Source: a candidate division WOR-3 bacterium (GTDB taxonomy: Bacteria > Hydrothermota > Tepidihabitantia > SM23-42). Taken from it: a DNA stretch of 64,000 nucleotides. Positions 18,971-26,350 of this stretch are shown piece after piece; the first letter of the stretch is position 1, and each line of letters starts with the position of its first letter. Made by a program: the position numbers and the translations under genes. The notes beneath the pieces were generated by a model. It did not search any database. It was not told where the DNA came from and was given only the letters and a program-made list of their open reading frames with translations. The stretch is from NCBI GenBank assembly GCA_020349965.1, contig CP070705.1, forward strand, positions 689,092-753,091. Reading direction: 5' to 3'.

Positions 18971-18998
18971 ATTATATTGAATAACATATTATTGTCAA
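18971..18998 (-). promoter_or_regulatory. sigma70-type promoter of the M42-M23-sugar-LptE-S9 operon (leaderless)
   Basis: Minus strand TTGACA-16-TATAAT, 6 nt before ATG 18964. Confidence 0.75.
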
Positions 18999-19050
18999 CA
19001 CAGTGACTACAGAAGACTCATGCCAGCACATATGTAGGCACAAATCATCA

Positions 19051-19079
19051 TTGACATACACCTCACGCGAGATTATAAT
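19051..19079 (+). promoter_or_regulatory. sigma70-type promoter
   Basis: TTGACA-17-TATAAT followed by GGAGGA SD and ATG 19094. Confidence 0.75.
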
Positions 19080-19093
19080 CGAACGGAGGACGA

Positions 19094-20224
19094 ATGGTTG
19101 TACTCCTTTGCATAACACTAATATTCGGATATATATATGAAGATAACGACAGTCTCTTGATCATAAATGACACATTGACAAGATGCGGTATCCATCAGTA
19201 CGCGCTCAAACTCCACCTCACTGACAATGCCAGACTCTTTGTGCGTAGCGCAAGCGGCGCACCGGACACAACTGGATGGCTCTCACTCCAGGCACCATTG
19301 ATCGTGATCCGTGACTCCTCGTCGATAATCGGTTCGGAAAGAGGTCATGAAGGTGGGTACCTGAACAGCCACCCTTGGGGCTACGGCCCCGGAGGCGGTA
19401 GTGCCGGCGGGGTAAGCGGCGGTGGAGGAGGAGGCGGTGCATACGGCGGCAATGGCGGTACTGGAGGCGATTACTCCGGAGGTTCGGGCGGAATTGAATA
19501 CGGCACTGCCTCTGACACTACCATCGAAATGGGTTCTGGTGGCGGTGCCGGGCGCTTGAGCGTCGTAATCAGCAACGGCGGGAGCGGTGGAGCATCCATT
19601 TCAATGGCCGGAACGTGCATCAGGATCGAATCATCATCGATTGAGTCTAACGGACAGTCTGGAGAAACTGGTCTTGCTGGCCTCGAAGCGAGCGGTGGAG
19701 GTGCCGGCGGTGGTGTCCGGATATTGGCCGACACCGTATCCATCCACGATGCCTCTATCTCTGCATACGGTGGAACAGGCGGTGATGCGTCATTCGGTGG
19801 TGGCGGCGGAGGAAGTGGGGGCCGCGTGAAGATCTTCTACGCAATTGCGATCGACACTACTGGTATCGCATTATACGTCACAGGAGGAAACGGAGGTCAG
19901 GGTGATCCTCAACTGCCAGCAAGCTCGTCAGGTGATTCCGGGTCAGTGCACATCGGTGTGTACACCGGCGTTGATGAGCTACACGCCCGAAGCCTCTCTA
20001 CGATTTCAATCCAGCCAAACCCGGCCACCAATTTCGCCGAGATCATAACAGAGAGATTCCCGGCAAGAGGTGCGATATATGATGTCTCCGGGCGGTTATC
20101 GATGAAAGTCACGCTCCATAAAGAACACGCAGAGGTCGATCTGAGAACCCTGGAGCGCGGCGTATATTTTCTAATCTTAGAGAACCATTCTTGCCGACCA
20201 TACAAGTTCGTCGTCGTCCGTTAA
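19094..20224 (+). CDS. Secreted glycine-rich protein with T9SS/Por-type C-terminal sorting domain
   Basis: Short signal-like N-terminus; GGGGGGAYGG/GSGGGAG/GGGAGG tracts; C-terminal IQPNP...IYDVSGR...LERGVYFL...KFVV. Confidence 0.75.
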   Translation: MVVLLCITLIFGYIYEDNDSLLIINDTLTRCGIHQYALKLHLTDNARLFVRSASGAPDTTGWLSLQAPLIVIRDSSSIIGSERGHEGGYLNSHPWGYGPGGGSAGGVSGGGGGGGAYGGNGGTGGDYSGGSGGIEYGTASDTTIEMGSGGGAGRLSVVISNGGSGGASISMAGTCIRIESSSIESNGQSGETGLAGLEASGGGAGGGVRILADTVSIHDASISAYGGTGGDASFGGGGGGSGGRVKIFYAIAIDTTGIALYVTGGNGGQGDPQLPASSSGDSGSVHIGVYTGVDELHARSLSTISIQPNPATNFAEIITERFPARGAIYDVSGRLSMKVTLHKEHAEVDLRTLERGVYFLILENHSCRPYKFVVVR

Positions 20225-20246
20225 CAAATCGAGATAACGCAAAGGC

Positions 20247-20480
20247 ATGCTGACCATTAGATGTGCGAAATGCAAGAGTAAGATATTCCGGTATCTTAAA
20301 GTCGGTAAGGGTCGGGTACTTCGCTGTTACAAGACTCGTATTCTAAGAGACAACAGCCGCCGTCAAGGAACGCAAGTACTATGCAGCTGCGGCAATCTTA
20401 TCGGCACTGATGAAGGCAACTCGATAAAGATGCACAGACATACATTCTTTCACACGGGAACAAAAGTCGCCAAAGAATGA
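20247..20480 (+). CDS. Small basic Cys-rich (zinc-ribbon-like) hypothetical protein
   Basis: CAKC and CSCG pairs plus one more Cys; own slot between two genes. Confidence 0.6.
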   Translation: MLTIRCAKCKSKIFRYLKVGKGRVLRCYKTRILRDNSRRQGTQVLCSCGNLIGTDEGNSIKMHRHTFFHTGTKVAKE

Positions 20481-20537
20481 CCCGGTATCGTCCCCACGCA
20501 AAGGGATAGGACACAATACCGCAGCAGCACAATCCTC

Positions 20538-20565
20538 TTGCAATGGCATGGGAAATGTTTATAAT
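20538..20565 (+). promoter_or_regulatory. sigma70-type promoter of pckG
   Basis: TTGCAA-16-TATAAT; AGGAGG SD before ATG 20661. Confidence 0.55.
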
Positions 20566-20660
20566 AGCTTTGTTGAATCAGTAGCCTGCATCTGATTCAA
20601 AGAACTTTTCAGAGAAATTAGTGTTAGAAAGACGGCAAGGTTATTAAGGAGGTTAGCAAG

Positions 20661-22541
20661 ATGGATGCGAAAGTCAACGATTTTCTCAAGCAGAAGCTTG
20701 GTGACGCAAGCTACGCAAAACTTTCGAGAATCGACAACCCTGAATTGCACGCGTTTGTTGCAAAGTATGTCGAGCATTGCAATCCTGACAAGGTGTTCGT
20801 GTGCACAGATGATCCTGCCGACCTTAAATACATCAGGGAGGTCGCGATCAAGAATGGTGAGGAAACACCACTTGCGATGGAGGGACATACAATTCATTTT
20901 GACAATGCCAAAGACCAGGCCCGCGACAAAGAGCATACGCTCATTCTTGTACCTAAAGGTACTGACCTGGGCGCAACGATCAAGACAGGGGACCGTGATG
21001 AGTGCCTAAAGGAAGTCCACGAAATAATGAAGGACATCATGAAAGGACGCGAAGCATACGTCCGCTTCTTCTGCCTTGGACCAACGAATTCGGAATTTTC
21101 TATCCCGAGTGTGCAGATCACCGATTCCGCGTACGTCGCCCATAGTGAAGACATTCTTTACCGCCAGGGATTCGAGGAATTCGTACGCCAGGGCCGTAAT
21201 GCACATTTTTTCAAAGTGGTGCACTCTGCCGGTGAACTGGACGAACGCAAGACAAGCAAAAATCTTGACAAACGCCGTGTCTACATTGATCTCCATGAAA
21301 ATCTCGTTTACAGCTGCAACACGCAATACGGCGGTAACACAATCGGGCTAAAGAAACTATCGATGCGGCTGGCGATAAACCGGGGTTCAAAAGAGGGCTG
21401 GTTGACCGAACACATGCTCATCATGGGTGTGCACGGTCCTGGCAACCGGGTGACTTATATTACGGGAGCATTCCCATCCCTCTGCGGCAAGACTTCCACT
21501 GCCATGCTCGATAACGAGACAATCGTCGGAGACGACATAGCGTATTTGAGAAAAAAGGACGGCGAGGTTCGCGCGGTCAATGTCGAAAAAGGAATGTTCG
21601 GAATCATCCAGGGGATCAATTCTGAAGATGATCCGATCCAGTGGAAAGCGCTTCACACTCCGGGCGAATTGATCGTCTCCAACGTGCTCGTCACGCCTGA
21701 AAAAGGTGTACATTGGATCGGCAAGGACGGCGAAGTACCACCAAAGGGACACAATCATTCGGGCGAGTGGCACAAAGGCAAGAAGGACGAAAAAGGTAAC
21801 GAGATACCACCATCCCACCCCAACGCGCGTTTCACGCTATCCCTCGAGAATTTGGAGAATCTGGACAAAGCACTCCATGATGCGAAGGGTGTTGTAATTG
21901 GCGGAATGGTGTATGGCGGACGCGATTCAGACACCTGGGTACCGGTCGAGGAATCTTTTGACTGGACGCACGGCATAATCACCAAGGGAGCTTCCTTGGA
22001 ATCGGAAACAACTGCCGCGACATTGGGTAAAGCCGGCGTGAGGAAGTTCAATCTCATGTCTAATCTCGATTTCTTGTCCATACCAGTTGGCCAGTATATT
22101 CAGAACAACTTGGATTTTGCCAAAGATCTAAAGAGAACACCGCTCATCTTCTCGGTAAACTACTTCCTGAAAGACAAGGAAGGCAATTTCCTCAATGCAA
22201 AGACCGATAAGAAAGTCTGGTATAAATGGATGGAACTACGAGGTAACAACGACGTAGAAGCCGTTGACACGCCAACCGGACGTATCCCAAAGTATGAAGA
22301 CCTCAAGAAGCTATTCAAAGACGTTCTTAACAAGGATTACAGCATGGAAGACTACATGAAGCAATTCACAGTACGCGTACCGGAGAACCTGGCCAAGGTC
22401 GACCGCATCAAGGAAATATACGAAACCAAAGTTTCAGATACACCCAAAATACTGTTCGACGTCCTCGAAGAGCAGCGTAAGCGATTGCTCGATGCACAGA
22501 AGAAATACGGCGATTATATAACTCCGGACAAACTGGTGTAG
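20661..22541 (+). CDS. pckG: Phosphoenolpyruvate carboxykinase (GTP)
   Basis: QYGGN, WLTEHM, GAFPSLCGKTS, VGDDIA, HPNARF, YGGRD, FSVNYF. Confidence 0.96.
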   Translation: MDAKVNDFLKQKLGDASYAKLSRIDNPELHAFVAKYVEHCNPDKVFVCTDDPADLKYIREVAIKNGEETPLAMEGHTIHFDNAKDQARDKEHTLILVPKGTDLGATIKTGDRDECLKEVHEIMKDIMKGREAYVRFFCLGPTNSEFSIPSVQITDSAYVAHSEDILYRQGFEEFVRQGRNAHFFKVVHSAGELDERKTSKNLDKRRVYIDLHENLVYSCNTQYGGNTIGLKKLSMRLAINRGSKEGWLTEHMLIMGVHGPGNRVTYITGAFPSLCGKTSTAMLDNETIVGDDIAYLRKKDGEVRAVNVEKGMFGIIQGINSEDDPIQWKALHTPGELIVSNVLVTPEKGVHWIGKDGEVPPKGHNHSGEWHKGKKDEKGNEIPPSHPNARFTLSLENLENLDKALHDAKGVVIGGMVYGGRDSDTWVPVEESFDWTHGIITKGASLESETTAATLGKAGVRKFNLMSNLDFLSIPVGQYIQNNLDFAKDLKRTPLIFSVNYFLKDKEGNFLNAKTDKKVWYKWMELRGNNDVEAVDTPTGRIPKYEDLKKLFKDVLNKDYSMEDYMKQFTVRVPENLAKVDRIKEIYETKVSDTPKILFDVLEEQRKRLLDAQKKYGDYITPDKLV

Positions 22542-22553
22542 TCAGACAACAGA

Positions 22554-22588
22554 AAAGGAAAGGGCCGGCTCTGCCGGCCCTTTCCTTT
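22554..22588. terminator. Bidirectional intrinsic terminator
   Basis: Perfect 16-bp stem AAAGGAAAGGGCCGGC-TCT-GCCGGCCCTTTCCTTT between convergent genes. Confidence 0.88.
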
Positions 22589-22605
22589 GAATCGGCAAGA
22601 CAACA

Positions 22606-24267
22606 CTATCTCATCAACACAACGGGTATCGCTCTTGAACATGTTGGGCCGTCCAAATTCAACAGATAAACGCCACCCGGTAACTTCCTGCCGTCGTCAT
22701 CAGTACCGTCCCACGAGAATACTGATTCTTGATGCTCGATGCCGGATTCTAGATTCAAGGATCTAACACGACGGCCCGAAGCATCGTAGATTACGAGTTT
22801 CTGGTCTTGTATTAAGTATCCAGCATCGAGTATCGGGTATCGTATTTGTGTTTGCACTGTAAATGGATTCGGCCATACTTCGATGCGGGATACGGGAACG
22901 GTCGTGACCCAGGCTGTCTCATTGATCCCTGGAGGACCAACCGTGATCGAGTCAAGAAACGGAATCTTATTGCGCGCGGTCACGGTGATATGCATATTGC
23001 CCGGAATGAGCTCATCGAAATTGAATACTATTTCGCCATCACTTCCGGTATGACCATAGTCATACACAACCGTATCGAGAACAACACAAACGAGTGCCGA
23101 TTCCAGGGGCACATCTTGACAGAGGACACTGACGACCAGACTTTCATCCTCAACGGACAATGCTGAATCGTGGTGCACCTCGAGCGGTTTAGGAACCGCG
23201 GTCCAAATCATCATCGAAGGATCACCAACAGTCGTGAACCCACGATACTCATCCGATGAATTGTACATATTGTAAACATTCGTGCGCCCGCCCTCACACG
23301 CCTCACCGAATGTCTGCTTTCCCTGTCCGAACAGCGCATCAAAAAAACCTTTGCACACGGCACTCCTCAGATGCGCTATGTCATAACCGCTCGTCGTCGT
23401 TGCGAAGTAGCCCGCGCCGCCGCGGGGCAGCGTTGGAGTCCCCGTTGTGAACCATCTCTCGACGATTGCCGGCGTATATCCGGTGCCTAACGTTCCGCAC
23501 GTTATTGACAAAACAATCGGAAGTTTAGCGCCATTTTGTATCTGGCTCGCATCAACCTCAAACGGCCAGGCCCATTGGTTGAATGCGCACCCGCGATACA
23601 AGACGAATGCACGTCCTTGATTGACTCTGTTGATAACCGTGTTGTTGTTGTCACCGAGTAATTTCGACAACGTGTCAATTGTGTTATAACCATTTGCCAA
23701 CATATAGGCCTTTGCGTGGAGCACATCACTCCAATATATTGAATCATCACTCCAATAGGGCGGCGGGTATGTCCACTCTTCCTCGTTGGCGATCAGGCAT
23801 GCGTTTATGAACCAAAGCGAATCGGTCAAATCCGGAGTCTTTTCATATAACAGAATCTTGTTCACGACGGTCTGCGCTTCGGTAACAGTGTGCACGGTAA
23901 GCCGACCAGAAAGTATTTCATTGTAGATATCAAAATCCATATTCGTGTAATAGTTATCAGAGTAACAGTAAGTGGAAAATACATAAAAGGGTATATGGCC
24001 TGGCGAACCGACGAGAAGAAGAAACTCAGGTCTTATCTGCCAAGTATCATACGCGTTGTCCACATATCCCTTGATCGCGCCCGTCGTGGATCCGATCTGG
24101 GAAAGCTTTACGACCTTAGTTCTCAAACCCATTCTGTGTTTCCAATTGGCAAGGGGCTGGATGGCATCATAGAAAAGATCATCCGTGATGATCAGATAAC
24201 GGCCACCCATCTCCTGAGCAGAAAGAACTGTACAGAAGAGAAAAGTGAGCAATATTCCTTCTTTCAC
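22606..24267 (-). CDS. C25 (gingipain-family) peptidase-like protein with FlgD/T9SS-type CTD
   Basis: YLIIT, LANWKHRMG, LLLVG, SDNYY, GRL, VLSITCGT, GDPSM; C-terminal VWPNPF...IYDASGRRVR...WDGTDDDG..LPGGVY; GTG 24267 with GGAGG SD. Confidence 0.85.
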   Translation of the reverse strand: MKEGILLTFLFCTVLSAQEMGGRYLIITDDLFYDAIQPLANWKHRMGLRTKVVKLSQIGSTTGAIKGYVDNAYDTWQIRPEFLLLVGSPGHIPFYVFSTYCYSDNYYTNMDFDIYNEILSGRLTVHTVTEAQTVVNKILLYEKTPDLTDSLWFINACLIANEEEWTYPPPYWSDDSIYWSDVLHAKAYMLANGYNTIDTLSKLLGDNNNTVINRVNQGRAFVLYRGCAFNQWAWPFEVDASQIQNGAKLPIVLSITCGTLGTGYTPAIVERWFTTGTPTLPRGGAGYFATTTSGYDIAHLRSAVCKGFFDALFGQGKQTFGEACEGGRTNVYNMYNSSDEYRGFTTVGDPSMMIWTAVPKPLEVHHDSALSVEDESLVVSVLCQDVPLESALVCVVLDTVVYDYGHTGSDGEIVFNFDELIPGNMHITVTARNKIPFLDSITVGPPGINETAWVTTVPVSRIEVWPNPFTVQTQIRYPILDAGYLIQDQKLVIYDASGRRVRSLNLESGIEHQESVFSWDGTDDDGRKLPGGVYLLNLDGPTCSRAIPVVLMR

Positions 24268-24350
24268 ACATCCTCCTTCACAATTTATTATATCAAAATT
24301 CACCAATCATGCAAGTACTACCTGATACGCTCAGTCAGATCCTATCTTGA

Positions 24351-24378
24351 TTGACATGCCACACAATAACGTTATAAT
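24351..24378 (+). promoter_or_regulatory. sigma70-type promoter
   Basis: TTGACA-16-TATAAT upstream of GGAGGAG SD. Confidence 0.7.
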
Positions 24379-24434
24379 ATGAAAGTCAACTTATAAGATT
24401 AAAGCGTGTTTTTTAAGAAGCGGAGGAGTTGCAT

Positions 24435-24791
24435 ATGAGCAAAAGGACGATCGACGATTTTATAAGAGAACGTAAAGAATTGATCGAGAATATGTCCCGA
24501 TACTGCGGCCAGGACGCCAAGCGGTTCTTCCATCTCGACTCACAAGTATATAAAGACGGTGCCCTGTCGGCAAAGATGAAGGAATTGCTTGGACTCGTCG
24601 CATCTCTCGTGCTGCGGTGTGATGATTGCATCAACTATCACCTGGTGAATTGCCATGAAAATGGAATCAGTGATGAAGAACTGGCCGAAGCTCTTACTGT
24701 CGGACTCATCGCCGGCGGTTCCATAACCATACCTCATCTGCGCAGAGCCTATGCGGGCTGGGATGAGTTGAAGAAAGGCGGTAAAGTATGA
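24435..24791 (+). CDS. Carboxymuconolactone decarboxylase / AhpD-like protein
   Basis: GALSAKMKELLGL, RCDDCINYH (CxxC..H), GGSITIP. Confidence 0.85.
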   Translation: MSKRTIDDFIRERKELIENMSRYCGQDAKRFFHLDSQVYKDGALSAKMKELLGLVASLVLRCDDCINYHLVNCHENGISDEELAEALTVGLIAGGSITIPHLRRAYAGWDELKKGGKV

Positions 24792-25441
24792 CATTCGAAT
24801 ACGATAGCTACAGGACGTGGCACAACGAAAAGATCCTCACCGACGTCGTTAGTAAGCTGAAGAAGAGAGACTTTGATGCAGAGTATTTCGCCACGATCGA
24901 AGAGACGACCGAAGCGCTGACCAAGGCCATACCTGCCGATGCAGCCGTTGGTATCGGCGGCTCCGTGACGGTCCGCGAACTCGGAATCATCGAAATACTC
25001 GAGAAAAGGAACAATGAGGTAGTGCACCATTGGAAACCCGAAGCCGCCAAAGAAAAGGACCGCGAAACACGAAAGAAAGAAGGGCTGGCTGATTATTACT
25101 TGACGAGTGCCAACGCAATAACGATGAATGGTGATATCATCAATATCGATGGAATAGGTAATCGTGTGGCGCACATGATATTTGGCCCTGACAATGTCAT
25201 TATCGTCGCCGGTCACAATAAGATCGTTCCTGACATAGATTCTGGGATCAGACGCAGCAGGGAAATCGCCGGTGTCATTAATGCAAAAAGAGTTGGTGCC
25301 AAGACACCGTGTGCCGAGACCGGGAAGTGTGTTGACTGCAAAGCGCCGGCCAGAATTTGCAGGGTAACGACGGTCATGCAATATCGACCTTGGCAGACGA
25401 AGATCAAGGTCCTGCTCGTGAACGAACGCCTTGGATACTGA
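24788..25441 (+). CDS. LUD domain (LutC/YkgG-like) protein
   Basis: GGSVTV, YYLTSANAIT, IDGIGNRVA, GHNKIV, PCAETGKCVDC..RIC. Confidence 0.85.
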   Translation: MTFEYDSYRTWHNEKILTDVVSKLKKRDFDAEYFATIEETTEALTKAIPADAAVGIGGSVTVRELGIIEILEKRNNEVVHHWKPEAAKEKDRETRKKEGLADYYLTSANAITMNGDIINIDGIGNRVAHMIFGPDNVIIVAGHNKIVPDIDSGIRRSREIAGVINAKRVGAKTPCAETGKCVDCKAPARICRVTTVMQYRPWQTKIKVLLVNERLGY

Positions 25442-25442
25442 A

Positions 25443-26225
25443 ATGAAGATCGGTTTTTTGCAGTTTGCTCCGCAATTCGGCAACAAGAAGGGCAATCTTG
25501 ATGCCGTTAGCAAACTGACAAACAACATCGATGCGGACGTGATCGTACTACCAGAACTCTTCAATACCGGTTATGCCTTTCTCAATAACGTCGAATTATC
25601 AGAACTCGCTGAGCCCGTGGACGGTGAAACGAATGAATTCATGCAATCCCTGGCAAATGAAATGAATTGCGCCTTTGCTTATGGTTTTGCCGAAAGAACA
25701 GGAAGCGCGTTCTACAATTCCGTATCATTCGTCGCTGCTTCAGGCATCACTGCGACCTACCGTAAATCACACCTCTTCTTCGAAGAGAAATTCCTCTTCA
25801 AACCTGGTGATACAGGACTCAGAACATTCGATCACGGCGGCGTCAAATACGGCATGCTCATCTGTTGGGACTGGATTTACCCCGAAGCGATGAGAACCCT
25901 GGCGCTGCAAGGCGCTCAGATCATAATCCACCCCGCAAATCTCGTAACACCGTATTGCCCGGATGCAATGGTCACACGAGCCATTGAAAATCGTGTCTTC
26001 GTCGTCACCGCAGACCGCACCGGCGACGAGATACGGAATGACAAGAACTTCCACTTCATCGGCACCAGTCAGATCGTCGCTCCTAATGGCGATATCCTGA
26101 CCCGTGCCGGCGAAGAGACCTGCGTGAGGGTCGTCAATATCGAACCAGAGCTGGCGCTCGACAAGAAGATGAATCGGCACAATGACCTCTTCCTCGACCG
26201 ACGCGAAGATCTCTACTTCACGTAA
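25443..26225 (+). CDS. Nitrilase / carbon-nitrogen hydrolase family protein
   Basis: Glu-Lys-Cys triad: VLPELF, YRKSHLF, ICWDW; RAIEN. Confidence 0.92.
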   Translation: MKIGFLQFAPQFGNKKGNLDAVSKLTNNIDADVIVLPELFNTGYAFLNNVELSELAEPVDGETNEFMQSLANEMNCAFAYGFAERTGSAFYNSVSFVAASGITATYRKSHLFFEEKFLFKPGDTGLRTFDHGGVKYGMLICWDWIYPEAMRTLALQGAQIIIHPANLVTPYCPDAMVTRAIENRVFVVTADRTGDEIRNDKNFHFIGTSQIVAPNGDILTRAGEETCVRVVNIEPELALDKKMNRHNDLFLDRREDLYFT

Positions 26226-26315
26226 AGCCTCGGTATCCGTTCCGTAATCATAAGGAATATCCTCCCTGCGTCATTACAATCACACCGCAGTAAAAGCGTA
26301 AATTCAGTGCGGTTG

Positions 26316-26343
26316 TTGACAGGACGTGCATTTTACCTATAAT
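26316..26343 (+). promoter_or_regulatory. sigma70-type promoter of the two-component operon (leaderless)
   Basis: TTGACA-16-TATAAT, 7 nt before ATG 26351; no SD. Confidence 0.7.
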
Positions 26344-26350
26344 CGAGCAG

